A stretch of DNA of 64,000 nt from Acidobacteriota bacterium (GCA_029263335.1 JAJCXS010000113.1:17071-81070); one strand, 5' to 3'; shown: positions 9,444 through 19,301, counted from the first letter of the stretch. Notes: generated from the letters alone by a model not told the origin. Program-made: numbers and translations.

Positions 9444-10417
9444 CAGCCGTCAACGTCCTCGAGTACGGAGTGAATTTCGTCAACCAGCCGATCACGTACC
9501 GACTCGAACGCCCCTTCGATCTGGCACCCGGCGGCCCGTGGATGGCCGCCACCGCCATGATGGCTGGCGACCTCGGCAACGTCGACGCTGCCATCCGAGC
9601 GCAGGCTGATGCGGAACACCCCTGGGTCTACCTCCTTGAACAGGAGGCTGATCTTCACGCCGTCGATACCCTGTGCGTGGTTCACGAATGCCTCAGTGTC
9701 GCGCGTGCCGCGACGCTCGAAGGCGCTAAAGGGCAGAAACATGAAGGCGATGCGGCCCGCCGCTACACGCTTCAGGCTGCTGAGCGCGTCGCCCATCAGG
9801 TGGATTCGCGCCGCCGGGTAGTCGCCATAGACCTGTTCGGCGATCACCGAGGCGTTGGCTCCGAATCCGAGCATCTCGCTGGCGAAGGCCATGGCTCGCG
9901 CGTCGGTGTTGGAGTGATGGAATGACCCCGTATCAGTCAGCACCGTCACGTACAGGAGGCTCGCCATCGCGGACGTGACCTCCGCCCCGAGCGCGTCGGC
10001 CAGCTCTTGAATCATCATGCCGGTGGCGGCTGCCGACGGGTCGATCCAGTTCACCTCGGCGTACATACCGTTCTTGGTGTGGTGATCGATGTTCAAGGAC
10101 TCGAGCGTGTCCAGTCCACGGACACCGGAGCGGGCGAATTCCGAACACTCCACCAGAATGCTGGCACGTGTATCGGTGGGGATCCGCTCGGCCGAGACAA
10201 CCTTCGAGGCGCCGGGCAGCCAGCGGTATCGTCGCGGCATCGACTGCCCGATAACCACCGTCGAGCGCTTCCCGACCTGCTCGAGCGCCATCGCAAGCGC
10301 GATGGAGGAGCCGAGGGAGTCACCGTCGGGATCGGCGTGAGAGGCGATCACGAAATCGTCGCGTGGCCCCAGCCAGTCCACCACGCGATCGAGCGTATCA
10401 ACCGATTTCATCGTCAT
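9443..10417 (-). CDS. nrnA: DHH/DHHA1-family phosphoesterase (NrnA-like oligoribonuclease/pAp phosphatase)
   Basis: 324 aa with DHH motifs (HADPDGDSLGS…DHH…) and a GGGH DHHA1 motif near the C-terminus. It lies between rbfA and truB, as in many genomes. Confidence 0.8.
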   Translation of the reverse strand: MTMKSVDTLDRVVDWLGPRDDFVIASHADPDGDSLGSSIALAMALEQVGKRSTVVIGQSMPRRYRWLPGASKVVSAERIPTDTRASILVECSEFARSGVRGLDTLESLNIDHHTKNGMYAEVNWIDPSAAATGMMIQELADALGAEVTSAMASLLYVTVLTDTGSFHHSNTDARAMAFASEMLGFGANASVIAEQVYGDYPAARIHLMGDALSSLKRVAAGRIAFMFLPFSAFERRGTRDTEAFVNHAQGIDGVKISLLFKEVDPGVFRISLRSDGSVDVAEVASHHGGGGHPRAAGCQIEGAFESVRDRLVDEIHSVLEDVDG

Positions 10418-10778
10418 GCTCCTCGTCCACGAGTGCCGATGGATCCGCGTTCAGGAGTTCCTCGATGCGATCGCTCTGCGCGAGCGTCTGATCAAGCTGA
10501 ATTCGTAGTTCGGGCGTATGCCGAAGGCGCAGCCGCTTGCCGACCTCGGAACGCAGAAAGGGCGCAGCGCGGCGGAGGCTGGCGAGCGATTGATCCTCTG
10601 CATCGCCGTCACCCATCACGCTCACGAACACCGTCGCGTACTGCAGGTCGGAACTCATACGCACCTCGGTCACGGTAACGAAGCCGACCCCCGGATCTTG
10701 AACTTCACGCTGCACGAGCTCCGCGAGCACGGCCCGCATCTGATCGCCCACGCGCCGGGGTCGGAACTTTCCGCTCAT
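10398..10778 (-). CDS. rbfA: Ribosome-binding factor A
   Basis: An internal Met was chosen, giving 126 aa (MSGKFRPRRVGDQMRAVLAELVQREVQDP…). The 50 codons upstream are Ser/Arg/Gln-rich read-through. Confidence 0.9.
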   Translation of the reverse strand: MSGKFRPRRVGDQMRAVLAELVQREVQDPGVGFVTVTEVRMSSDLQYATVFVSVMGDGDAEDQSLASLRRAAPFLRSEVGKRLRLRHTPELRIQLDQTLAQSDRIEELLNADPSALVDEEHDDEIG

Positions 10779-10941
10779 CGGCAGTGCATCCGGTAGCCCG
10801 GAGGCTCGCCCTGATGCTTGCCGAGATGACCAGCGTTGATGCGGCTCTGGACCATGCGCTTGTGCTTGAGGTTGCGACACATCGGTGGATGAAGCTCGAA
10901 CTGACGCATCGCGGCGACCCGGCGCCACGATGCTCCGGACG

Positions 10942-13008
10942 TCACAAGCTCGGGGCGATCTCTTTGACGGTAAACGCCTCGATCACATCGCCGACCTTGA
11001 TGTCGTTAAAGTTCTCCAGACCGATCCCGCACTCGTACCCCTGCTGCACTTCCTTCACGTCGTCCTTGAAGCGGCGCAGCGAGCGTAGCTGCCCTTCGTA
11101 GATGATCCGCGAGTCGCGCACGAGTCGCGCCTTCGCGTCGCGCGTGAACTTGCCCTCGGTGAGGTAGCAGCCCGCGATGGTGCCGATCCGTGGAATGCGG
11201 AACGTGTCCCGTACTTCGGCCGTGCCCAGCGTAGATTCCTCGAAGGTCGAGTCCAGCTGCCCAACCATCGCCAGCTTCACCTCATCGAGAAGCTGATAGA
11301 TGATGGTGTGCAATCGCAGATCGACTCCCTCGCGCTCGGCGGCATCCGCCACGCCTCGCTCCGGGCGAACGTTGAAGCCGACGATGATCGCCCCGGACGC
11401 AGCCGCGAAGAGCACGTCCGTTTCGGTCACACCGCCGACGGCCGCGCGCAGGATCTCGACCTCCACGCTGTCGCGGGAGAGCTTGGTCAGGGCGTCGCGC
11501 AGCGTCTCGATCGAGCCCTGAGCGTCAGCCTTGAGCACCAGGGGCAACTTGACCTGCTCGCCGGCACGCAGGCGATCGTGCAGATCCTCGAGCGTCAGGC
11601 GCTGGCCAGCACCGAGCTGCTCGCGACGTTGCTGTTGCTGCCTGATCTCGGCCACTCGACGCGCCAGAGACGCCTCCTCGACGACCTGCAATTCATCTCC
11701 GGCCCCCGGCACTCCCGAGAACCCCAGCACTTCGACGGCTGACGCCGGGCCTACTTCCTTGACCGATTCACCCGTCGCGGTGAACAGCGCGCGAACCTTG
11801 GCATCCTCGGCTCCGGCAATCAGCCAATCGCCCACCCGCAGGGTGCCGGCCTGTACCAGGACCGTTGCCACCGGACCGCGGCGGCGATCAAGTTGTGCCT
11901 CGAGCACGGTCCCGCGCGCGGCCACATTCGGATTGGCCTTGAGCTCCATCAACTCGGCCGTCAGCACGATCATCTCGAGCAGACCGTCCAGGTTCTGCTT
12001 CTCCAGCGCCGACACCTGCACACAAACGGTATCGCCGCCCCAGTCCTCGGGCGCCAGTTCGCGCTCGGCGAGCTGCTGCTTGACCCGATCGGGATTCGCC
12101 TGCGGCAAGTCGATCTTGTTGATGGCGACGATGATCGGCACACCTGCTGCCCTCGCGTGATCAATCGCCTCGACCGTCTGCGGCATGATGCCGTCGTTGG
12201 CGGCCACCACCAGCACGACGATGTCGGTAATCTGCGCACCGCGAGCCCGCATCCGCGTAAACGCCTGATGGCCTGGGGTATCGATGAAGACGATGCGATT
12301 GCCCTGCCACTCGACCTCGGACGCACCAATGTGTTGAGTGATCCCACCGGCCTCGCGGGCAACGATATTGGTCTCGCGGATCGAGTCCAGCAGCTGCGTC
12401 TTGCCGTGGTCAACGTGCCCCATGATCGTGACCACCGGGGCGCGCGTCACGGCTTCGTCAGCACTACCCTCGTCGATGTCGCCAAGCAGAATCTCGTCGG
12501 CTGACTGCACTCGCACGACAACGCCGTGTTCGGCTGCGACGGTCACGGCCAGGTCGCCCTCCAGCGATTGGTTCATGTTCGCCATGATCCCCTTCGCCAT
12601 CAGCCCGCGGATCAAGTCTGGCGCCGAAATGCCCGTGGCTTCGGACAATTCCTTGACCATGATCGGCGCTTCTATGGTAACGACGACCGCTGGCTCGGAT
12701 TCGGGCTCCGGCTCCGGCTCCGACTCGGGCTCCGGCTCTGCTTCGATGTCGGCTGCCGGCTCAGACTCCGGCTCCGTCTCCGGCTCCGACTCCGTCTCTG
12801 CTCCGGCAACCTCGGCCTCCGAGGACGCGGGCGAGGCCGCAGCGGCGCCCGCCGGCGTTTCGCCAGAAACTTTTCCGCGCAGCCGCTGAGCATCCTCCTC
12901 GGAGATCGCGTTGGCATGTGACTTCACCGCCACGCCGATCTCGTTGAGCAGACTCACGGCTTCTTTGCTCTCAATGCCGAGTTCTTTTGCGATCTCGTAT
13001 ACGCGCAT
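10942..13008 (-). CDS. infB: Translation initiation factor IF-2
   Basis: Start set at [18 protein letters not shown] (the IF2_N domain). It has an acidic Glu-Pro repeat linker, the G-domain (GHVDHGKT…DTPGH…NKID) and the C-terminal beta-barrels. This start removes the apparent overlap with nusA. Confidence 0.93.
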   Translation of the reverse strand: MRVYEIAKELGIESKEAVSLLNEIGVAVKSHANAISEEDAQRLRGKVSGETPAGAAAASPASSEAEVAGAETESEPETEPESEPAADIEAEPEPESEPEPEPESEPAVVVTIEAPIMVKELSEATGISAPDLIRGLMAKGIMANMNQSLEGDLAVTVAAEHGVVVRVQSADEILLGDIDEGSADEAVTRAPVVTIMGHVDHGKTQLLDSIRETNIVAREAGGITQHIGASEVEWQGNRIVFIDTPGHQAFTRMRARGAQITDIVVLVVAANDGIMPQTVEAIDHARAAGVPIIVAINKIDLPQANPDRVKQQLAERELAPEDWGGDTVCVQVSALEKQNLDGLLEMIVLTAELMELKANPNVAARGTVLEAQLDRRRGPVATVLVQAGTLRVGDWLIAGAEDAKVRALFTATGESVKEVGPASAVEVLGFSGVPGAGDELQVVEEASLARRVAEIRQQQQRREQLGAGQRLTLEDLHDRLRAGEQVKLPLVLKADAQGSIETLRDALTKLSRDSVEVEILRAAVGGVTETDVLFAAASGAIIVGFNVRPERGVADAAEREGVDLRLHTIIYQLLDEVKLAMVGQLDSTFEESTLGTAEVRDTFRIPRIGTIAGCYLTEGKFTRDAKARLVRDSRIIYEGQLRSLRRFKDDVKEVQQGYECGIGLENFNDIKVGDVIEAFTVKEIAPSL
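12690..12830 (-). repeat. Tandem in-frame GGCTCCGGCTCCGACTCC-type repeats encoding the Glu-Pro (EPESEP) linker of IF-2
   Basis: Directly visible hexanucleotide/18-mer periodicity. It translates to [36 protein letters not shown]. Confidence 0.8.
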
Positions 13009-13048
13009 CTGTTCTTCTTTCTCGGCCCTCAAGGATGGCCGTGTATGC

Positions 13049-14494
13049 CTAGATGTCTGTCGCCACCGGCTCTTGCGATTCGTCCGTAGCGGCCGGGCCG
13101 GGATCATCCTCGGCTTGCGGCTCCGCGTCACTGCCAGAATCGACAGCGACTGCCTGTTCCCAAATCTTCACGGCCGACTTCGGCCCGATTCCGGCCACGG
13201 CCAACAGGGCATCCGAGCCCGCCGCCGCAATCAGAGCCGGTGAACCATAACCCGCCTCGCGCAGTGCCTCGGCTGCCTTGGGGCCGACACCTTCGATCTG
13301 TTCGAGGGAGCCCCCCTCGCCGGGCGACTCGGTCGAGCGTTCCACCGGGGCTTCGGCGGCCTCGGCAGGCGCCTCGACGGGTGCAGCCGACGAGTCCGCG
13401 GCCTCAGCCTGTGCCTCAGCCTCAGCCTCTGCTTCGGCCGCAATTCCGGCCTTCTGCTCCTTACTCATCACGTCGATCTTGCGGCTCAGCAGCTTGCCCG
13501 CGAGGCGAACGTTCTGACCGCGCTTACCGATGGCGAGCGAAAGCTGATCCTCATCGACGATGACCTCGAGGTGTGGTTCTTCGAAACCGTCCTCGTTGCC
13601 ACGCATCACTTCGGTAACGCTGTTCACCTTGGCGGGTTTGAGCGCATTGATCGCATACTGATGGAGATCCTCGGCCCAATCGACAATGTCGATCTTTTCG
13701 CCGCGCAGCTCGCGGATAATCCCCTGCACGCGAGAGCCGCGCATGCCCACGCACGCCCCCACCGGGTCGATGTCGGCGTCGACTGAGTGCACGGCCACCT
13801 TGGCCCGGTCACCGCCCTCACGGACCGCCCCCTTGACCAGCACGGTCCCGTCAAAGATCTCCGGAACCTCCATTTCGAACAAACGGAGCAACAGGGTGGG
13901 ACTGCTGCGCGAAACCACCACCAGCGGTCCGCGCGTGTCGCGCAGGACCTCGACGACAACGACACGGATCCGGTCGCCAACGTTGTAGTGCTCGGCGCGC
14001 GATTGCTCCCGACGGGGGAGCACCGCCTCGGCGCGTCCCAGATCGATCACCATGTCACCGCGCTCGAATCGCTTCACGCTCCCGGTGAGCAACTCCCCGA
14101 CCCTGTCCTCGTACTCGGCGAAGATATTGTCGCGCTCCGCGTCGCGCACCTTCTGGAAAATCACCTGCTTGGCAGCCTGCGCCGCAATGCGCCCCAACTG
14201 CTCGGTGGGCATCGACGTACGCTGCTCGTCACCTACCTGGGGCGACTCCATGCCCGCCGCTACTGCGTCCTCGACGCTGATCTCGCAAGTGGCATCTTCA
14301 ACCTCCTCAACGACGGTCTTCACCGCGTGAAGTTCGAGGTCGCCGGACTCCGGATTCAGCTTCGCCACCAGCCGATCATCGGTTCGGTAGAACTTCTGCG
14401 CAGCAACGGCCATCGCTTCTTCAATCGCGGCGATGATCACCTCGGGCGCAATGTTCTTTTCACGCCCGATCTGCTCGATCGTCTGCAACAACAT
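13049..14494 (-). CDS. nusA: Transcription termination/antitermination factor NusA
   Basis: 481 aa with an N-terminal NusA domain, S1 and KH domains, and a C-terminal HhH acidic repeat region (…GIGPKSAVKIWEQ…). Confidence 0.93.
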   Translation of the reverse strand: MLLQTIEQIGREKNIAPEVIIAAIEEAMAVAAQKFYRTDDRLVAKLNPESGDLELHAVKTVVEEVEDATCEISVEDAVAAGMESPQVGDEQRTSMPTEQLGRIAAQAAKQVIFQKVRDAERDNIFAEYEDRVGELLTGSVKRFERGDMVIDLGRAEAVLPRREQSRAEHYNVGDRIRVVVVEVLRDTRGPLVVVSRSSPTLLLRLFEMEVPEIFDGTVLVKGAVREGGDRAKVAVHSVDADIDPVGACVGMRGSRVQGIIRELRGEKIDIVDWAEDLHQYAINALKPAKVNSVTEVMRGNEDGFEEPHLEVIVDEDQLSLAIGKRGQNVRLAGKLLSRKIDVMSKEQKAGIAAEAEAEAEAQAEAADSSAAPVEAPAEAAEAPVERSTESPGEGGSLEQIEGVGPKAAEALREAGYGSPALIAAAGSDALLAVAGIGPKSAVKIWEQAVAVDSGSDAEPQAEDDPGPAATDESQEPVATDI

Positions 14495-14531
14495 CTAGCT
14501 GTCCTTTCCCACGGTTGCGCGATTCACTTCG

Positions 14532-15014
14532 TCAGATCTCTACTTCCAGCCGTGCTTCGGCGATGCTCGATCGTGGCAGTTCAATCCGATCGCCACCGAC
14601 ATCGAGCACGACATTGCCACCGTGTAGGCCACGCAGCTTACCGCGCAGTGTCGCGCTGCCCTCCGGGCCCACAACGGTCTGAATGCGGACGTGCTGGCCG
14701 GCATATTTCTTGAAATCGGCCGCCACGAGAAGTTCCTTGTCGAGTCCCGGCGACGAGACCTCCAGCGTGTATGCGGCCTCGATGAAATCCTCGACGTCCA
14801 GCAGCGCCGACAACTGCCGACTCACCTTGGCGCAGTGCTCGACGTTCACGCCGCCATCCCGATCGATCACAACGCGGAGAATCCAGTTGCTGCCCTCGAA
14901 CAGATACCGCACGTAGGCCAGATCGCACCCGACCCGCTGGGCCACACGAGCGGCCAGAGGCGCAACCTGCTCCTCGATCGCCTCACTCCGTGTTGCTTTG
15001 CGTTCCGTTGACAT
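14532..15014 (-). CDS. rimP: Ribosome maturation factor RimP
   Basis: An internal Met was chosen (MSTERKATRSEAIEEQVAPLAARVAQRVGCDLAYVRY…), giving about 160 aa typical of RimP. It lies immediately upstream of nusA. Confidence 0.88.
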   Translation of the reverse strand: MSTERKATRSEAIEEQVAPLAARVAQRVGCDLAYVRYLFEGSNWILRVVIDRDGGVNVEHCAKVSRQLSALLDVEDFIEAAYTLEVSSPGLDKELLVAADFKKYAGQHVRIQTVVGPEGSATLRGKLRGLHGGNVVLDVGGDRIELPRSSIAEARLEVEI

Positions 15015-15032
15015 CGGTTTGAACTTGTCCGG

Positions 15033-15064
15033 ACAAAAGAAAAAAAGCGGGCACGGGGACCCAC
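15033..15064 (-). terminator. Terminator-like GC hairpin followed by a T7 run, immediately upstream of the rimP start (possible attenuator in the rimP-nusA-infB leader)
   Basis: On the minus strand: GUGGGUCCCCGUGCCCGCUUUUUUUCUUUU. This is a 5-bp GC stem (with one G-U pair) followed by U7, about 20 nt before the rimP ATG. Confidence 0.3.
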
Positions 15065-15264
15065 TTCTGCTGAAGCAGCCAATTTCGTACAGCACAGATT
15101 AGCAAAACACGAGGGCGAACGCTCCCGGGAGAGTTTATCGAGGTCGCCGCCGTTTGCTTCGCCGCGACACTTCCGCGAAGCTACGCCTTGCGGCCGCCAG
15201 CCCGAGCCCGCATCCCGAGCGATCGAATCGTCCTACCGTGCCCCCCGCCCTGCGAGCACCCGTC

Positions 15265-16431
15265 ATGCCATCGATACCTTCTGCGCTTGCCCATCTCTCT
15301 TGCAGCCGGTGTGAACAGGTCTACGAAGCCGACGAGATCCATCGCTTCTGCTCCTGTGGCGGGCCTCTCTACCCACGCTACGCGCTGGATCAGGTTCGCT
15401 GGACACCCGCTGAGCTCGCGCAACGCCCTGGCGGCCTATGGCGCTACGCCGACCTGTTGCCAGTCCGTGCACCGCAACACCGGCTCTGTCTGGGAGAAGG
15501 AGGCACGCCGCTCCTGCGCCTGGAACGGCTGGCGCCCGACCTGGGCCTCGACGAGATCCTGGCCAAGGATGAAGGGCTGAATCCGACCGGGTCATTCAAG
15601 GCACGCGGGCTCTGCATGGCCGTCAGCCGGGCGCGTGAGCTCGGCATCACAACGCTCTCGATCCCGACCGCGGGCAACGCGGGGAGTGCCATGGCCGCCT
15701 ACTGCGCGCGCGGCGGCATGCGCGCAGTCGTCTATGTGCCCGCCGAGACCCCACCGGAATTCCTTACCGAGTATCGCGACCTCGGCGCTGACGTTACCGT
15801 CGTCGACGGCACCATTTCCGACGCGGGGGCGCAGATGGCCCGCGAGGCCGAAGACGACTGGTTCCCCGTAAGCACGCTGCAGGAGCCCTATCGTCTGGAG
15901 GGCAAGAAGACCATGGGGCTCGAACTCGCCGAGCAACTGGGCTGGCAGCTGCCCGACGTGATCCTGTACCCCACCGGCGGTGGCACGGGCCTTCTCGGCA
16001 TGTGGAAGGCGTTCGAGGAGCTTGAGACCATCGGCATGATCGATAGCCGACGGCCTCGGATGGTGGCCGTGCAGGCTGACGGCTGTGCCCCCATCGTGCG
16101 CGCTTTTCACGCCGGCGACGAGAGCGCGGCCCCGTGGGAGAACGCGACCACGGTAGCCAACGGCCTGCGTGTGCCACGGGCGTTCGCCGACCGGGAAATC
16201 CTGCAGGTACTGCGCGCCTCCAACGGCACGGCGATCATGGTTGAAGACGATGCGATGCTGGAAATGCTGGGCCGGCTCGCGGCCAGCGAGGGAATCTACG
16301 CAGCACCCGAGGCGGCGGCCACCCTGGTGGCCGCGCAGCGGCTGGTACAGGACGGCACGATCCAACGCGGCGAGCGCGTCGTGACGTTCCTCACCGGAAA
16401 TGCGTACAAGTACTTATCGTCGCTCGAGTAG
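15265..16431 (+). CDS. thrC: Threonine synthase (short, fold-type II PLP enzyme with an N-terminal Cys-rich zinc-ribbon)
   Basis: It has the TGSFKARG PLP-lysine motif and a CSRCEQVY…CSCGG ribbon. The ATG at 15265 was chosen; the in-frame ORF extends back to 15154. Confidence 0.8.
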   Translation: MPSIPSALAHLSCSRCEQVYEADEIHRFCSCGGPLYPRYALDQVRWTPAELAQRPGGLWRYADLLPVRAPQHRLCLGEGGTPLLRLERLAPDLGLDEILAKDEGLNPTGSFKARGLCMAVSRARELGITTLSIPTAGNAGSAMAAYCARGGMRAVVYVPAETPPEFLTEYRDLGADVTVVDGTISDAGAQMAREAEDDWFPVSTLQEPYRLEGKKTMGLELAEQLGWQLPDVILYPTGGGTGLLGMWKAFEELETIGMIDSRRPRMVAVQADGCAPIVRAFHAGDESAAPWENATTVANGLRVPRAFADREILQVLRASNGTAIMVEDDAMLEMLGRLAASEGIYAAPEAAATLVAAQRLVQDGTIQRGERVVTFLTGNAYKYLSSLE

Positions 16432-16485
16432 TCCGCGCCCACGCTTCATCCGAGTAGTGCGCGCCCGTGCATTGGCGCGACCCGC
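16424..16485 (+). terminator. Imperfect tandem 27-bp direct repeat with a GC hairpin, just 3' of thrC (probable terminator region)
   Basis: CGAGTAGTCCGCGCCCACGC and CGAGTAGTGCGCGCCCGTGC lie 27 nt apart. The second copy forms GCGCGCC-cgtgcatt-GGCGCGA. Confidence 0.35.
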
Positions 16486-16533
16486 CCCCTGGCCTATCAT
16501 TACAACAGGCATTCAGTCCCGCCCGAGGCATTC

Positions 16534-16746
16534 ATGTTTGGTTCAATCGGCGCTACCGAGCTGATCTTCATCGTTGTGATCGCCCTCGTGGTGTTCGGCC
16601 CGAAGAAACTGCCCGAACTCGGACGCACGGTCGGCAAGGGCCTGAGCGAGTTCCGGCGCGCTTCCAATGATCTGAAGCGCTCACTCGAAGATGAGATCGC
16701 GCTCGACGAGCGCGCCGAGCGCCGCCGCGACCTCGACGACGACTGA
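16534..16746 (+). CDS. tatA: Twin-arginine translocase subunit TatA/E
   Basis: 70 aa with an N-terminal transmembrane helix plus an amphipathic helix (MFGSIGATELIFIVVIALVVFGPKKLPELGRTVGKGLSEFRRA). Confidence 0.85.
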   Translation: MFGSIGATELIFIVVIALVVFGPKKLPELGRTVGKGLSEFRRASNDLKRSLEDEIALDERAERRRDLDDD

Positions 16747-16764
16747 CCTCGGCGAGCCTGAACC

Positions 16765-17544
16765 ATGAGCTCCAACACGGTCACCGCCGACCCGATCGAC
16801 TCGCCGGAGCCTGGGCGCGACCCGCTACCGGAGATGTCGCTGCTCGAACACCTCACAGAACTCAGGCGACGCGTCGTCGTGAGCCTCGGCGCGTTCGTCG
16901 TGGCCATGCTCGCCTGCTGGGCGGTTTCGGAACGTATTTACGACGTTCTCACCGCGCCGGTCGTTCGCCTGCTGCCGGAGGATGCGGACCAGCTCGCGTT
17001 CCTGTCGCTCACCGAGCCCTTCATGCTCTACCTGAAGGTGGCGGCGGTTGCCGGGCTGTTCGTAGCGTCGCCGGTGATCATCTACCAGGCGTGGATGTTC
17101 GTTGCGCCAGGACTGTACCGGCGCGAGCGCATCTACGCGGTACCCGTGGTGTTCGCCAGCGCCGCCTGCTTCATGCTCGGTGGGCTGTTCGGCTACAGGA
17201 TCCTGTTTCCGATCATGGCCGAATTCTTCCTGTCGATCGGCGGCGACTTCCGGCAGTTGCTGACCGTCAACAACCTCTTCAGTTTTCTGTTGCGAACTCT
17301 GCTCGGCTGCGCCCTGATCTTCGAATGGCCCATTGTGGTCTTCTTCATGGCCCGCCTGGGATTGCTCACCGCCGGCGGTATGTGGCGCAACTTCCGCTAC
17401 GCCATCCTGATCATCTTCATCGTCGCGGCCGTCGTTACCCCGACGCCGGATTTCGCCACGCAGACGATCCTCGCGATACCGATGCTCGGACTGTACCTGG
17501 CGGGCATAGCCATTGCCTGGGCCGTCCAGCCACCGGAGGATTAG
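16765..17544 (+). CDS. tatC: Twin-arginine translocase subunit TatC
   Basis: 259 aa with six predicted transmembrane segments and an N-terminal MSLLEHLTELRRRVV typical of TatC. Confidence 0.9.
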   Translation: MSSNTVTADPIDSPEPGRDPLPEMSLLEHLTELRRRVVVSLGAFVVAMLACWAVSERIYDVLTAPVVRLLPEDADQLAFLSLTEPFMLYLKVAAVAGLFVASPVIIYQAWMFVAPGLYRRERIYAVPVVFASAACFMLGGLFGYRILFPIMAEFFLSIGGDFRQLLTVNNLFSFLLRTLLGCALIFEWPIVVFFMARLGLLTAGGMWRNFRYAILIIFIVAAVVTPTPDFATQTILAIPMLGLYLAGIAIAWAVQPPED

Positions 17545-17545
17545 T

Positions 17546-17580
17546 CGGGCAGCGTCCCCGACGGCCAATCGTCGGAGCGG
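17546..17580. terminator. Candidate bidirectional hairpin between the convergent tatC and recJ genes
   Basis: CCGACG-gccaat-CGTCGG in the 38-nt gap between the two stop codons. Confidence 0.3.
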
Positions 17581-17582
17581 TG

Positions 17583-19301
17583 CTAAGCGCGCAGATCCTG
17601 AATCTCTAGCTGTGGCTCCAGTCGCCCAGCAAAGCGATTCACCTTGAGCGTGGCCACCACGTCGATGGCTGTCGCCCCGGCAAGCTTCTCCGCCAGCTCG
17701 CCGCGGCGCCACGCGAGAGCCGAGATCACGCTGTCGCCGGAGTGCACGCGCAGTTTCAGGTGCTGGCTCTTGAGCACCTGCGCTGGCCCTGCCAGCCGCA
17801 GGTCCTGGCAAAGGAAGCGCGGCCTGGGGTTGCCAATGCCGAAGGGCTCCAGGCGCTCTAGTTCCAACGCCAGCACCATGGTGACATCGTCCGCATGCAG
17901 CTCGTCGTCACAGGTCAGAACGGCCTCTAGATCCTTCGGATCGAATCCCGCTGCGTGTTCCCCGAGCGCATCACGGAGATCGTCGATCCTGTCGGCTGCA
18001 AGCCGAAATCCTGCCGCCTGCTTGTGGCCACCGTATGACTCCAGCAGTGGCGCAGCGGACTCGAGCGCGGCGGTGACGTCGAAGCCCGGCACCGACCGGG
18101 CTGATCCATGGGCTTCGCTTCCCTCGATGGCGATCACCATCGACGGCCGGCCCGTTCGTTCCACCAGGCGCGAAGCAACAATGCCGATAACACCGCGATG
18201 CCAACCTTCTCCCGCCACCACCACGATGAGTCCGCCTTCCTTGCCACTGGCTTCTATCGCCTCGGTGCTGACCTGTTGTTCGAGTTCCCGGCGGTCGGCG
18301 TTGAGTTGCTCGAGGCGGCCGGCAAGCCGCCGCGCCACCGCGGCATCGTCGGTCATGAACATCTCCGCAGCGTCGTCCGGGTGGCCCACTCGACCCGCGG
18401 CGTTGATCCTCGGTGCCAGCCGAAAGGCGACATCACCGGCAGTAACCCGACGAGGGTCTACGCCAGCTACCCGCATCAGGGCCTGGAGCCCCGGATTGAC
18501 CGTGTCCGCCAGTCCTGCGAGTCCGTGCACGGCGAGGGTGCGGTTCTCGCCGCGCAGCGGAACCAGGTCCGCGATCGTTCCGAGGGCTACGAGCTTGAGC
18601 ATGGACAGTCCGCTCGCCTTGGTGTCGGCGCGCTCGAGCATGGCGCGCGCCAACTTGAACGCTACGGCCACCGCCGCCAGGTCGGGTTCCGGATAGCCGC
18701 TGTCCTCGAGTCTGGGATTGAGGATCGCCACCGCCCGCGGCAGTTCGCCCTGGGGCAGGTGGTGATCCACGATGATGACGTCGATCCCGAGTTGAGCCGC
18801 GTGCTCGCAGGCATCTGTGGCGGTGATGCCGCAATCGACCGCGACGAGCAACCGCGCACCAGCCCGCTGCGCTCGATCCACACCGCTCGGGTTGAATCCA
18901 TACCCGTCGGTGAGACGGTGCGGCAGGATGACCTCCACATCACCACCAAGATGCCGCAAGACCGTGGCGAGCAGCACGCTGCCGCTGATCCCGTCGACGT
19001 CGTAGTCGCCGTGGATCGCTATCCTGTCCCCCGACGCGATCGCGGCCTGTAGGCGATCGACTGCGGCACCCATGTGGGCGAACTCGAAGGGCGAGTGCAG
19101 TTCGTCCAAACCGGGGGCAAGGTATCGCTCCGCCGATGCCGGCGTGCTCATTCCCCGGCCCACCAACACTCTGGCCGTGGTGTTGCAGATCCCAAGGTCG
19201 GCCGCCAGGAGTCGGGCAGCATCGTTATCGACGGAGCGCACCTCCCAGAGCCTGCGAGCCTCCACCCGGGAGTGCGCACCTCCCTCCGGCACCTCGGTCA
19301 C
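17583..19301 (-). CDS. recJ: Single-stranded-DNA-specific exonuclease RecJ
   Basis: 572 aa with DHH motifs (AIHGDYDVDGISG…VDCG…DHH) and a DHHA1 domain with an OB fold. Confidence 0.9.
   Translation of the reverse strand: MTEVPEGGAHSRVEARRLWEVRSVDNDAARLLAADLGICNTTARVLVGRGMSTPASAERYLAPGLDELHSPFEFAHMGAAVDRLQAAIASGDRIAIHGDYDVDGISGSVLLATVLRHLGGDVEVILPHRLTDGYGFNPSGVDRAQRAGARLLVAVDCGITATDACEHAAQLGIDVIIVDHHLPQGELPRAVAILNPRLEDSGYPEPDLAAVAVAFKLARAMLERADTKASGLSMLKLVALGTIADLVPLRGENRTLAVHGLAGLADTVNPGLQALMRVAGVDPRRVTAGDVAFRLAPRINAAGRVGHPDDAAEMFMTDDAAVARRLAGRLEQLNADRRELEQQVSTEAIEASGKEGGLIVVVAGEGWHRGVIGIVASRLVERTGRPSMVIAIEGSEAHGSARSVPGFDVTAALESAAPLLESYGGHKQAAGFRLAADRIDDLRDALGEHAAGFDPKDLEAVLTCDDELHADDVTMVLALELERLEPFGIGNPRPRFLCQDLRLAGPAQVLKSQHLKLRVHSGDSVISALAWRRGELAEKLAGATAIDVVATLKVNRFAGRLEPQLEIQDLRA

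Noticed and set aside
12672-12917. An 81-aa Arg/Ser-repeat ORF (…[16 protein letters not shown]) and other repeat-like ORFs around the IF-2 linker. Also a possible CRISPR-like or minisatellite signal.
   Set aside because: The periodicity comes from in-frame Glu-Pro codon repeats of infB. The RS ORF is simply another frame of the same repeats. There are no spacer-repeat architecture and no cas genes.
18895-18930. A tRNA T-arm-like sequence (CGGGT-TGAATCCATA-CCCG).
   Set aside because: It lies inside the recJ coding sequence and has a 9-nt loop rather than 7. There is no acceptor or anticodon context, so it is a chance resemblance.
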